DNA from: an uncultured Lachnobacterium sp.
GTDB taxonomy: Bacteria > Bacillota > Clostridia > Lachnospirales > Lachnospiraceae
DNA: 64,000 nt
Reading direction: 5' to 3'
Assembly (NCBI GenBank): GCA_937935345.1
Contig: CALGXR010000024.1
Coordinates: 16,111-80,110 of the forward strand
Below, one piece after another: positions 1 through 9,238 of this stretch. Each line of letters begins with the position of its first letter. Position 1 is the first letter of the stretch. The translations under genes were made by a program, and so were the position numbers. The notes under the pieces were generated by a model. That model was not told the origin of the DNA, made no database searches, and saw nothing but the letters and a program-made list of their open reading frames with translations.

Positions 1-459
1 CGCCCGTCTCTTTGGAAGAGCAAAGAGTATGCAGTGAAAAAAATGAAGTCTGTTGTAGAACTGGTAGATGTCATGAAAGTATCGGATGAAGAGAGTATTC
101 TCCTGACAGGGGCTAAAAGTTATGAGCAGGCTGCAGAAGAAATTCTTGCTATGGGACCAAAGCTGGTTGCCATTACATTGGGAGAACATGGCGTTCTTAT
201 GGCAACAAAAAGCAGAAAAGAAATCATAAAAGCGTTTAAGACCAATGCAGTCGATACAACCGGAGCAGGGGATTCTTTCTGGGGAGGCGTATTATGCAGT
301 ATTCTTTCTATAAATAAGCCCGTAGAAAAGATGGAATGGGAAGAAATCAGAAAGTGTGCTGTTTTGGGAAATGCAGTTGCAGGATTGTGTGTGCAAAAGC
401 GAGGTGGAATACCTGCGATTCCGACGAAAGAGGCAGTGTTTGAATTTATGCAGAAATAA
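1..459 (+). CDS. Carbohydrate kinase, PfkB family (ribokinase/fructokinase-like), C-terminal fragment; the gene starts upstream of the window
   Basis: The translation contains the PfkB signature DTTGAGDSFWGG and a C-terminal lid. The reading frame is open to base 1. Stop at 457-459. Confidence 0.7.
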   Translation, partial: RPSLWKSKEYAVKKMKSVVELVDVMKVSDEESILLTGAKSYEQAAEEILAMGPKLVAITLGEHGVLMATKSRKEIIKAFKTNAVDTTGAGDSFWGGVLCSILSINKPVEKMEWEEIRKCAVLGNAVAGLCVQKRGGIPAIPTKEAVFEFMQK

Positions 460-550
460 TGAGTGTATGTTGCAATACTGGTTTCTACAACAGTTTGTGA
501 TGTGCTGTCATACCTTGTGAAGTAGTATCTGGAAAATTGTTGATTCCGGC

Positions 551-579
551 TTGACTTAATTTAACATCTCAAATATAAT
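551..579 (+). promoter_or_regulatory. Sigma-A type promoter (TTGACT-17 nt-TATAAT) upstream of the YitT-family gene
   Basis: TTGACT at 551-556, a 17-nt spacer, TATAAT at 574-579. This gives a leader of about 130 nt before the ATG at 715. Confidence 0.45.
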
Positions 580-714
580 AATTGCATACATCAGAAAACG
601 TTCACTCTTCACCGGATGAGTGGTTAAAGCGTCTGGGAGCAAATCGTAGGTGCAGTAATTTACACTGTAAGATTTGTTTCCGGGCGCTTATTTATTTTGG
701 AGGATAGATGCAAT

Positions 715-1584
715 ATGAATAAGAAAAAAGAATTATTGGTACAGATTATGTGGGAGCTTGCGGGAAGCATCTTTTATGCAATAGGTATATATAACTTCGC
801 TCTGCAGGCAGAGTTTCCTATGACAGGTTTTTCGGGTATTTCGATTATTTTATACCGGCTGTTTAATATTTCCATTGGTTTATCAACGGTCCTGCTTAAT
901 ATTCCGGTTGCGATACTGTGCTGCAAATTATTGGGCAGGAAATTTTTTGTCAGCTCAATACGATGCATGCTTTTGTCTTCTTTTATTGTTGACTATGTTG
1001 CGCCGTTATTTCCGGTGTATCAGGGAGACAGACTGCTTGCGGCATTGTGCACAGGTGTATTTTGCGGAATAGGCTATGCCATGATTTATACAAGAAATTC
1101 TTCAACAGGAGGAGCTGATTTTATCATCATGGCTGTAAAAGCATTGCGGCCTCATTTATCGATGGGCAACATCTCTTTTCTTACTGATGTCGGAATTATT
1201 CTGGTTGGAGGACTTTTGTTTCGGGATATTGACGGAATGATTTACGGCATGATAGTGAATATACTGTCTGCGGTTGTTATTGATAAAATGATATATGGCA
1301 TGAATTCAGGCAAAGTAGCCTTTATCGTCACAAAAAATGGAAAGAGAATATGCGATGTAATTGATGAATGCAGTCAGCGCGGAAGCACTATTCTTAAAGC
1401 GCAGGGAGGATATAAGCAGGACGATATTCAGGTGGTAATGTGTGCATGCAACAGTAAGGAAATGTACCAGGTGCGTAAATCCGTAAAAGATGCAGACCCG
1501 GACTCTTTTATTGTGGTTGTTGAGTCTCATGAGGTGCACGGAGAGGGCTTTAAAATGACAAATATTGGAGAAGCAGAGAACTGA
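715..1584 (+). CDS. YitT-family membrane protein (DUF161 integral membrane domain plus C-terminal DUF2179)
   Basis: Multi-TM N-terminal part and a soluble C-terminal domain typical of YitT/YpjC-like proteins. GGAGGA lies 9 nt upstream of the ATG at 715. The ATG at 697 sits inside the RBS. Confidence 0.65.
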   Translation: MNKKKELLVQIMWELAGSIFYAIGIYNFALQAEFPMTGFSGISIILYRLFNISIGLSTVLLNIPVAILCCKLLGRKFFVSSIRCMLLSSFIVDYVAPLFPVYQGDRLLAALCTGVFCGIGYAMIYTRNSSTGGADFIIMAVKALRPHLSMGNISFLTDVGIILVGGLLFRDIDGMIYGMIVNILSAVVIDKMIYGMNSGKVAFIVTKNGKRICDVIDECSQRGSTILKAQGGYKQDDIQVVMCACNSKEMYQVRKSVKDADPDSFIVVVESHEVHGEGFKMTNIGEAEN

Positions 1585-1698
1585 AACATACCTGAAACAA
1601 ATATAGTGTGAAGATTGTATATTAGCTTGAAAAAAGCTATACTAATATAATGATGTAGCGGTTTTATGGCTGAAATTATATATTTGGGAGGTAATTAC

Positions 1699-3186
1699 AT
1701 GTTAGAAAACTGGATTAAACCACAAATTCCGGAGGAGGAAGAGCTGGATGAGCGCCTGCATGCAGCACGCTCTAAGCTGTCTGTGCTTCAGATGCAGATT
1801 AAGGAGCATGGACTGCCTGTACTTGTGCTGTTTGAGGGCTGGGGTACTGCAGGAAAGGGCAGTGTGCTCGGTAAGGTAATCAAGAATATTGATCCGCGAT
1901 TTTTCAAGGTCGCAACCATGGACGAGCCGACAGAGGAGGAAGGACGCAAGCCTTTTTTATATCGGTATTTTGTAAAGATTCCGGCAAACGGGAAGCTTGA
2001 GTTTCTTGATTCCGGCTGGATGGATGAGGTAGTAAAGGATGTACTGCACGACAAGATAGGAGAGAAGGAGTACAAGAAGAAAATTGAAAGCGTGAAGCGC
2101 TTCGAGCGACAGCTGACTGACAATGGTTATCTTGTTATGAAATTTTTCTTCCAAATCAGCCGGAAGGAACAAAAAAAGCGTATTGAGGTATTAAAGGAGA
2201 ATAAGGATACCAGATGGCGTGTCAGTGGAGATGAAGACTGGCAGAATAAGCATTATGACAAGTGTATGCATGTGTTTGACAGATATCTGAATGATACAAA
2301 TTCGCCTGCAGATCCTTGGTATATAGTTGATGCAAAGAATAGAAAATGGGCTGAGCTTCAGGTGCTGGAGACGCTGGTTAGTGGAATAGAGACAGCACTT
2401 AAAAACAGTAATCTTGCTGTGCCGCTGTTACAGAATGTGTTTCCGCTTGAGAAGCTTCCAAAGCTTTCTGAGATATCACTTGACAAGGAGCTGTCTGAGG
2501 AGGAATACAAAAAGGAGCTCAAAAATCTGCAGTCTAAGCTTAGCGAGCTGCATAACAAGCTCTACAGGCGAAAGATTCCTGTTGTAATAGCATATGAGGG
2601 CTGGGATGCAGCCGGAAAGGGTGGAAATATAAAGAGAATCACAGAGGCACTGGATCCGAGAGGCTTTGAGGTGCATCCGATTGCAAGCCCGCTGCCCAAC
2701 GAGAAGGCAAGACACTATCTGTGGAGATTTTGGAACCGTCTTCCTAAGACAGGGCATATAGCCATTTTTGACCGTACATGGTATGGCAGGGTGATGGTAG
2801 AAAGACTCGAGGGCTTTTGTAGCGAGAATGAATGGCAGCGTGCCTATAATGAGATTAATGAATTTGAAAAGGAGCTGTCAGACTGGGGAGCTGTCATCAT
2901 AAAGTTCTGGGTGCAGATTGACAAGGATACCCAGCTGGCACGATTTGAGGAACGCCAGAATACTCCGGAAAAGCAATGGAAGATTACCGACGAGGACTGG
3001 AGAAACAGAGAAAAATGGGATCTGTATGAGACTGCTGTGAATGAGATGCTAAGGAAAACCAATACCACTTATGCGCCGTGGCATGTGCTTGAGTCAAACG
3101 ACAAGAAATATGCGAGAATCAAGGCACTTAGGATTGTGATTGATGCGATTGAAGCTGCTTTGGATGATAGATCACATAAAAAGTAA
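1699..3186 (+). CDS. ppk2: Two-domain polyphosphate kinase 2 family protein (polyphosphate:AMP/nucleotide phosphotransferase-like)
   Basis: Two tandem PPK2 modules, each with a Walker A loop (FEGWGTAGKG and YEGWDAAGKGG) and lid motifs. GGGAGG RBS before the ATG at 1699. Confidence 0.8.
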   Translation: MLENWIKPQIPEEEELDERLHAARSKLSVLQMQIKEHGLPVLVLFEGWGTAGKGSVLGKVIKNIDPRFFKVATMDEPTEEEGRKPFLYRYFVKIPANGKLEFLDSGWMDEVVKDVLHDKIGEKEYKKKIESVKRFERQLTDNGYLVMKFFFQISRKEQKKRIEVLKENKDTRWRVSGDEDWQNKHYDKCMHVFDRYLNDTNSPADPWYIVDAKNRKWAELQVLETLVSGIETALKNSNLAVPLLQNVFPLEKLPKLSEISLDKELSEEEYKKELKNLQSKLSELHNKLYRRKIPVVIAYEGWDAAGKGGNIKRITEALDPRGFEVHPIASPLPNEKARHYLWRFWNRLPKTGHIAIFDRTWYGRVMVERLEGFCSENEWQRAYNEINEFEKELSDWGAVIIKFWVQIDKDTQLARFEERQNTPEKQWKITDEDWRNREKWDLYETAVNEMLRKTNTTYAPWHVLESNDKKYARIKALRIVIDAIEAALDDRSHKK

Positions 3187-3223
3187 AAACAGATGTATAT
3201 AAACAAAAGATATGTAAATATGT

Positions 3224-3256
3224 AAAAAGGAGCCGGATTAAATCCGACTCCTTTAA
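3224..3256. terminator. Bidirectional rho-independent terminator between ppk2 (+) and tRNA-Lys (-)
   Basis: Stem AGGAGCCGGA/TCCGACTCCT (10 bp, 1 mismatch) with a TTAAA loop, flanked by an A-run upstream and a T-run downstream. Confidence 0.45.
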
Positions 3257-3287
3257 AGTGTTGGTAAATTAATTTGGGTACAAAAAA

Positions 3288-3360
3288 TGCGCCTCCAGGG
3301 GCTCGAACCCTGCACACCCTGATTAAGAGTCAGGTGCTCTACCAAATGAGCTAGAGGCGC
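3288..3360 (-). tRNA. tRNA-Lys (anticodon CTT)
   Basis: Reverse complement folds as a canonical cloverleaf: GCGCCTC acceptor, GCTC/GAGC D-stem, anticodon loop CTCTTAA, T-loop TTCGAGC. No encoded CCA. Confidence 0.85.
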
Positions 3361-3390
3361 AAACATCTGTGTGAATATCTGTGTCACACG

Positions 3391-3419
3391 GACAAATGAT
3401 ATTATACACAGGGTTTTAC
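3391..3419 (-). promoter_or_regulatory. Putative promoter for tRNA-Lys (TTGCAT-16-TATAAT on the minus strand)
   Basis: Minus-strand TATAAT (plus 3391-3396) and TTGCAT (plus 3414-3419), about 30-40 nt upstream of the tRNA 5' end. Confidence 0.35.
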
Positions 3420-3455
3420 AAAAATGCAAGTACTTTTTTAAAAAAATTTAAAAAA

Positions 3456-4250
3456 TTATAAAAATGACTTTAAAACATTAAGAACTCCGTTTTCCCAGTA
3501 AGGCGCACAGGTGTGTTTTGCGGCTGCGATAACCTCCTGGCGGGCGTTTGATACGGCATAGCTTGTTCCTGCATTTTGAAGCATCTCAATATCATTCAGA
3601 TTGTCACCGAAACAGCATACTTCGTCCGGAAGCAGGTCGAATCTGTCTATTAGGTATGAGAGTGCAGTCCATTTGCTGACACCCTTTGCGTTGCAGTCTA
3701 CCCATTCCTTGCCGGCGGCTGCCAGGTGAGCTTTTTTATTCCATGCCGGAATGAAAACCGGTGTACACAGCTCTTCGCATTTGTCGGGATGAAAGACAGT
3801 GAATTTGATGATGTCATTTCTGTCAAGCCCTGTGATGTCATCAACCTCACGCATCTCAAAGCCGTATGAATCACGAAGCAGATGAAAGATTGGGCTGCCA
3901 CCATCCTCTGCAAAGCAGAAATCAGGAGTAGCAGCAAAGTAATCGCATGCAGGCAGCTCATCGCGGACCATCCGGCACATGCCCTTCCATATATCCTCTT
4001 CCATAGGATAGGTCTTTAGGATTTCCTTTGGAGTGCGCACGACAGTTCCTCCATCTGTTATATACAAAAGCTTGTGCTTTATCGGAGCAAACAGCTTCAG
4101 CTCGCTTGAAAACTGTCTGCCGGAGCATACTACAAATATTATACCTTTATCTATGAGCCTGTCGATGACTGACATGTATTCTGGATCTATGAGCAGTGTG
4201 CCGTCCTTTACAAGTGTTCCGTCTATATCTGTTGCTATTAGTTTTATCAT
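3456..4250 (-). CDS. Cof-type HAD-IIB family sugar-phosphate phosphatase
   Basis: N-terminal DxDGTL motif (IKLIATDIDGTLV) and C-terminal GDNLNDIEM motif of Cof-like hydrolases. Confidence 0.8.
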   Translation of the reverse strand: MIKLIATDIDGTLVKDGTLLIDPEYMSVIDRLIDKGIIFVVCSGRQFSSELKLFAPIKHKLLYITDGGTVVRTPKEILKTYPMEEDIWKGMCRMVRDELPACDYFAATPDFCFAEDGGSPIFHLLRDSYGFEMREVDDITGLDRNDIIKFTVFHPDKCEELCTPVFIPAWNKKAHLAAAGKEWVDCNAKGVSKWTALSYLIDRFDLLPDEVCCFGDNLNDIEMLQNAGTSYAVSNARQEVIAAAKHTCAPYWENGVLNVLKSFL

Positions 4251-4500
4251 TATTTATCTCCCGGGCATATATCTTTTGAATATTCAACGATATTATTATA
4301 AGAAATTATAATCTCATATGCAAGGGACTTATTGTGTATTTATTACTGTTTGTGAAAGAAAAACAGACCCAAAAACAGAACAAAAAACAGAACAAAAAAA
4401 CAGAACATATTGAAAGTTTCCGGTTCATATTGTATCATAGTAATACTGGCTTCATCTTCAATGCGTTGAAGCAATGAAAACTAAGGGGACGATATTTACT

Positions 4501-5934
4501 ATGATAGTAGCACTTATTGAAAAAGTTTATTCTTTTTTGTGGGGAGATCTGATACACATTCCACTGCCCGGTGGTGGGAGCGTGGGAATCTCTCTTCTCA
4601 TAATTCTTTTGATTCCGACAGGAATTTATTTCACTGTAAGGACAAGGCTTTTACCAATCAGAATGTTTCCGGACATGATAAAGGCACTGACCGGTAAAAA
4701 GGAAAACAAGGACAGCCTGTCCACGTTCCAGACGCTCATTGTCTCTACGGCAACGAGAGTAGGCATGGGTAATCTGGTTGGAGTTGTGGCTGCCATATCA
4801 GTGGGAGGCGCAGGTGCGGTTTTCTGGATGTGGATAACAGCCATTATCGGTTCATCTACGGCTTTTGTGGAGGCTACACTGGCACAGCTTCACAAGGAGC
4901 CGGATCCTTTGTACTCAGGCTACCGTGGAGGTCCGGCATATTACATACACCACTACTGTGAGGACAAATCAGGCAAAAAGAAAAAACATGTAGCTATAGC
5001 TGTTTTGTTTGCCATATCGGGACTGATCTGCTGGTGCGGTATCAGCCAGGTTATAAGCAATTCTGTCACCTCATCCTTTGAAAATGCATTTGGCATACCA
5101 CCTATTTATACTACAATAATTCTGGTGGCAGTGGCTGCTGTAATAGTGCTCAGAAAAAATGCTACGGTAAAGGTACTCGACATAGTTGTTCCTATCATGG
5201 CGGTGTGCTATTTTGCCATAACCATTTTTATTATCATTAAAAATATAGGCATGATGCCATCAGTTTTTTCAAGGATATTTGAGGAAGCCTTCGGTATCAG
5301 GCAGGTGGCTGCGGGAGGCTTTGGAGCAGTGCTCATGAACGGTGTAAAGAGAGGACTTTTTTCAAATGAGGCAGGCTCAGGCTCAGCTCCATGTGCTGCA
5401 GCGGCGGCAGAGTGCGATACTCCTGTAAAGGCAGGACTGACGCAGGCGCTCGGTGTATTTATAGATACGATAGTGATCTGCAGCTGTACGGCAATGATCA
5501 TGCTCACAGTACCGGAGAATATAGTATCAGGCAAAGAGGGCATGGATTTATTACAGTCAGCTATGAGGTATCATCTTGGAGATTTTGGAGTTATTTTTAT
5601 AGCAGTCACATTGTTTTTATTCAGCTTTTCCACTTTCCTTGGTATACTTTTTTATGCAAGGAGTAATGTTGCGTACCTGTTTGGGGATAACTGGATTTCA
5701 CAGACCATGTACAAGGTGCTGGCTCTTGTTATGCTGTTTGTAGGCGGTATCGCGGCATACACATTTGTCTGGGATCTCGGAGATGTAGGAATCGGCCTTA
5801 TGACTATATTCAATACAGGTATTCTCTATCTGATGGGTGGACAGGCAATAAAGGAGCTGCGAGTCTTTGAGGAGAGTAATAAAGCACAAAGCAATAGTCA
5901 ATGTTCACAGCAGGGTGATAATGTAACGCAATAA
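4501..5934 (+). CDS. Alanine/glycine:cation symporter (AGCS family, sodium:alanine symporter)
   Basis: AGCS hallmarks (FQTLIVSTATRVGMGNLVGV, GGAGAVFWMW) and about 10 TM segments. AAGGGGA RBS before the ATG at 4501. An alternative start at 4474 lacks an RBS. Confidence 0.8.
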   Translation: MIVALIEKVYSFLWGDLIHIPLPGGGSVGISLLIILLIPTGIYFTVRTRLLPIRMFPDMIKALTGKKENKDSLSTFQTLIVSTATRVGMGNLVGVVAAISVGGAGAVFWMWITAIIGSSTAFVEATLAQLHKEPDPLYSGYRGGPAYYIHHYCEDKSGKKKKHVAIAVLFAISGLICWCGISQVISNSVTSSFENAFGIPPIYTTIILVAVAAVIVLRKNATVKVLDIVVPIMAVCYFAITIFIIIKNIGMMPSVFSRIFEEAFGIRQVAAGGFGAVLMNGVKRGLFSNEAGSGSAPCAAAAAECDTPVKAGLTQALGVFIDTIVICSCTAMIMLTVPENIVSGKEGMDLLQSAMRYHLGDFGVIFIAVTLFLFSFSTFLGILFYARSNVAYLFGDNWISQTMYKVLALVMLFVGGIAAYTFVWDLGDVGIGLMTIFNTGILYLMGGQAIKELRVFEESNKAQSNSQCSQQGDNVTQ

Positions 5935-5953
5935 CAATAGGAGATATATAAAT

Positions 5954-7309
5954 ATGAAAAGAGAATCATTTAAATCACGTCTGGGATTTATACTGGTAAG
6001 TGCAGGATGCGCTATAGGCATAGGCAATGTATGGCGTTTTCCGTATGTGACAGGTCAAAACGGTGGCGGTATTTTTGTACTGTTTTACCTTATATTTCTG
6101 GTATGCATGGGACTTCCGGTGCTTACGATGGAGCTTGCTGTAGGCCGAGCCAGCAGAAAAAGTGCTGTGATGAGCTACAAGGCTCTTGAGAAAGAGGGCA
6201 GTAAATGGCATATTCACGGATGGATAGCCATGCTTGGCTGCTACATGCTTATGATGTATTACACAACAGTCTCAGGCTGGATGGTTGCGTATTTCTTTAA
6301 ATTTTTAAAGGGAGATTTTACATCAGGCATGAATGCGGATGACACGGCGGCAGCATTTGGAAACCTGCTTGCAGATCCAAAGCAGATGGCTTTCTGGATG
6401 ATAGTTACGGTAGTGCTTGGATTTTGGGTATGCAGCCGTGGTCTGCAGAATGGACTTGAGAAAATCAGTAAATTTATGATGAGTGCGCTGCTTTTGCTTA
6501 TTATAGTGCTCGCGGTGCACAGCATTACGCTTTCAGGTGCGTTAGAGGGAGTGAAATTCTATCTTGTTCCAAATCTGGATGCGGTTTCTGAAATTGGAAT
6601 AAAGAATGTCATAACAGCAGCCATGAATCAGGCATTTTTTACGCTTAGCCTGGGCGTAGCTGCGATGGAGATATTCGGCAGCTATATGGAAAAGGACCAC
6701 ACTCTGGCAGGAGAAGGGGCAAAAATCTGTGCTCTCGATACATTTGTGGCTATCATGTCAGGGTTTATCATTTTCCCGGCATGCTTCAGCTACGGAGTGG
6801 AGGTAGGCGCAGGTCCGAGCCTTATCTTTATCACTTTGCCAAATGTATTTGTAAATATGCAGGGAGGCCGCATATGGGGATGTCTTTTCTTCATGTTTAT
6901 GACCTTTGCCAGCTTTTCAACCGTCATCGCGGTATTTGAGAATATTATGTCATTTGCCATTGATATGTTTGGCTGGTCCAGAAAAAAGGCTGCACTCGTA
7001 AACGCAGTGATAATACTCATTGCGAGTATGCCGTGTGTGCTTGGATACAACGTGTGGAGCAGTCTGCACCTTATAGGAGGCAGGGATGTGCTTGACAGCG
7101 AGGATTTTATAGTAAGTAACCTCCTTCTTCCGATTGGCTCACTTGTCTATCTGCTTTTTTGTGTGACAAAGTGGGGCTGGGGCTTTGATAAATATATAGA
7201 TGAGGCAAATACCGGAGCAGGACTTAAGATTTCGAGGAAGCTTAAGCCGTATTTTCAGTTCATACTGCCGCTTTTGATTTTGTTTATTTTTATACAGGGA
7301 TTGATATAG
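5954..7309 (+). CDS. Sodium-dependent transporter, neurotransmitter:sodium symporter (NSS/SNF) family
   Basis: N-terminal NSS signature GFILVSAGCAIGIGNVWRFPY and a 12-TM topology. Confidence 0.8.
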   Translation: MKRESFKSRLGFILVSAGCAIGIGNVWRFPYVTGQNGGGIFVLFYLIFLVCMGLPVLTMELAVGRASRKSAVMSYKALEKEGSKWHIHGWIAMLGCYMLMMYYTTVSGWMVAYFFKFLKGDFTSGMNADDTAAAFGNLLADPKQMAFWMIVTVVLGFWVCSRGLQNGLEKISKFMMSALLLLIIVLAVHSITLSGALEGVKFYLVPNLDAVSEIGIKNVITAAMNQAFFTLSLGVAAMEIFGSYMEKDHTLAGEGAKICALDTFVAIMSGFIIFPACFSYGVEVGAGPSLIFITLPNVFVNMQGGRIWGCLFFMFMTFASFSTVIAVFENIMSFAIDMFGWSRKKAALVNAVIILIASMPCVLGYNVWSSLHLIGGRDVLDSEDFIVSNLLLPIGSLVYLLFCVTKWGWGFDKYIDEANTGAGLKISRKLKPYFQFILPLLILFIFIQGLI

Positions 7310-7344
7310 TTACATATTTTTAATCAGACAGGAGAGTGTAAAAC

Positions 7345-8160
7345 ATGTTAGATCAGAATACTTTTATAGAGACAGTACAGAGCGTGGCTGAGATTATCCG
7401 TACATCAGCGGAGCCTATTGGCAGAGATGAAATCATGTCTTATTTTAAGGATATGGAGCTCAATAAGGCACAGGAGGATATGGTTTTTGAATTTCTCATC
7501 ACACCGCATGAACAGGAGGATGAGAGTGCAGGAGATTCGATGGATGCCATAGCCAGTGGGAAGAATGATAAGGATAAGCAGGATAATGAAGCTGAGCCCG
7601 ATATAGACGAGGACAGCCTCATTCCGGATTCACCTATGTTTAGGATGTATCTTGAGGAGCTTGAGGAGATACCTGATTACACAAAGGCTGAGCAGGACGA
7701 TATGTACAAAAAGCTGCTCGCAGGTGATGAGAGTGTGATACACACTATATCAAATTTCTGGCTTAAAAGTGTGCTTGCCATGGCAAAGAAGCTGGCTGTT
7801 AGCTCAGAGGGCTTTGAGGATGTAGTACAGGAGGGAAACATGGGGCTTTTCATGTGTCTTACCGAGCTCTGCGGCTGTGGGGATGAGATAGATGTGGAAA
7901 AAGAGCTTTTGGATGCCATAGAGGAGTCTATGAAAGCATGTATCAGGGAGCAGACAGGTGAGGATGAGAGCGAGAATACTGTGGTAGGAAAGGTTTCATT
8001 AGTAAACCGTGCAGTGGAGAAATTAAAATCCGATAAGGGCTTTGAGCCGAGCCTTAGTGAGCTTTCAGGCTACACCGGTGTGGATGAGGAAGAGCTTGAA
8101 AACCTTCTTGAGCTTATCAAAAAGGCTGATGTGGAGAAAAATAAACAGGACAGTAAATAA
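7345..8160 (+). CDS. Acidic sigma-70-like protein retaining only regions 1.2-2.2 (no regions 2.3-4); function unknown
   Basis: Residues around 100-175 align with SigA regions 1.2-2.2: FRMYLEEL..GDES..VLAMAKKL..FEDVVQEGNMGL versus RMYLKEIG..GDEE..VVSIAKRY..FLDLIQEGNMGL. There is no region 2.3/2.4 aromatic block and no region 4 HTH. The N- and C-terminal parts are strongly acidic. Confidence 0.5.
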   Translation: MLDQNTFIETVQSVAEIIRTSAEPIGRDEIMSYFKDMELNKAQEDMVFEFLITPHEQEDESAGDSMDAIASGKNDKDKQDNEAEPDIDEDSLIPDSPMFRMYLEELEEIPDYTKAEQDDMYKKLLAGDESVIHTISNFWLKSVLAMAKKLAVSSEGFEDVVQEGNMGLFMCLTELCGCGDEIDVEKELLDAIEESMKACIREQTGEDESENTVVGKVSLVNRAVEKLKSDKGFEPSLSELSGYTGVDEEELENLLELIKKADVEKNKQDSK

Positions 8161-8228
8161 TCTGTGTCATTTGTAGATTTGTGTCATATATTAAACCATA
8201 CCTGAATATATGAAAGGATGGAAAATAT

Positions 8229-9080
8229 ATGGCACGATTTACTAATCAGGCACAGCTTCGTTATGGCAACAATGTAGCCAATTCAAATATAGCAGTCGGA
8301 GAAATACTTGAGGTGCTTTCTGCTACAAAAACGGCAGTCAAAAACACCTACAATCAAAACGATACAATAACCTATGTGGTGAGCATCGTAAACTCCGGAA
8401 ATACCGCGATAAACGGTCTGACACTTTCTGATAATCTAGGTGCTTATACCTTTAACACCAACACTCTTGTACCATTAACCTATGTTAATAACACCGCAAA
8501 ATACTATACAAACGGCACACTCCAGGCAGCTCCTGCAGTAACCCAGGGACCGCCTCTTAGCATCACAGGCATAAGTGTCCCGGCAGGGGGCAATGCAACT
8601 GTCATCTATGAGGCAGCATTAAATGAGTATGCTCCTCTTGGCACAGAGGCATCTGTCACAAACACTGCTACAGTAAGCGGCACAGGAATCACTCCGGTTA
8701 CAGCAGCAGAGACAGTAAATGCCGAGGCTGCACCAAATCTTGCGATTACAAAGTCTGTAAGCCCGGTTCCGGTTACAGAAAACGGCACACTGACCTATAC
8801 CTTCAGGATTCAAAACTATGGAAGTGTTGCGGCAACAAACACTACAGGCGTGGTTATAACAGACACATTTGCTCCTGTTTTGAACAATCTTACAGCCGCA
8901 TTAAACGGCACAGCCTGGACTGCAGCTACAGATTATACCTACGATGAGGCGACAGGCACATTTTCGAGCACGGCAGGTGCAATCACTGTTCCGGCGGCAA
9001 CCTACACACAGGATAGCACAACAGGAGCGTGGGTTGTCACACCGGGCGAGAGCACACTTGTCATCACAGGAACCGTGTAG
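8229..9080 (+). CDS. DUF11 (conserved repeat domain) protein with two repeats and no signal peptide
   Basis: Two DUF11-type repeats (…TKTAVKNTYNQNDTITYVVSIVNSGNTAINGLTLSDNLG… and …ITKSVSPVPVTENGTLTYTFRIQNYGSVAATNTTGVVITDTFAP…). T/N/A-rich. No obvious signal peptide. Confidence 0.6.
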   Translation: MARFTNQAQLRYGNNVANSNIAVGEILEVLSATKTAVKNTYNQNDTITYVVSIVNSGNTAINGLTLSDNLGAYTFNTNTLVPLTYVNNTAKYYTNGTLQAAPAVTQGPPLSITGISVPAGGNATVIYEAALNEYAPLGTEASVTNTATVSGTGITPVTAAETVNAEAAPNLAITKSVSPVPVTENGTLTYTFRIQNYGSVAATNTTGVVITDTFAPVLNNLTAALNGTAWTAATDYTYDEATGTFSSTAGAITVPAATYTQDSTTGAWVVTPGESTLVITGTV

Positions 9081-9238
9081 TGGCAGAGGTGATTAATAAG
9101 GTTTAAGAATTGTTTAATTTAGTGGGATAGAAGTTGAAAAATATATGCAAACTATGTAAAATAAATATAGCTGTTTATGAATAAGATGATGCAGATGATC
9201 ATCAGCAGTTTAAATTGATTAACCGGGGGATAAGACAA

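Noticed and set aside
697-714. Upstream ATG starts suggested by the ORF track for the YitT (697), PPK2 (1666), AGCS (4474) and MoxR (TTG 9215) genes
   Set aside because: In each case the upstream start lies within or before the Shine-Dalgarno sequence, and a downstream ATG has proper RBS spacing.
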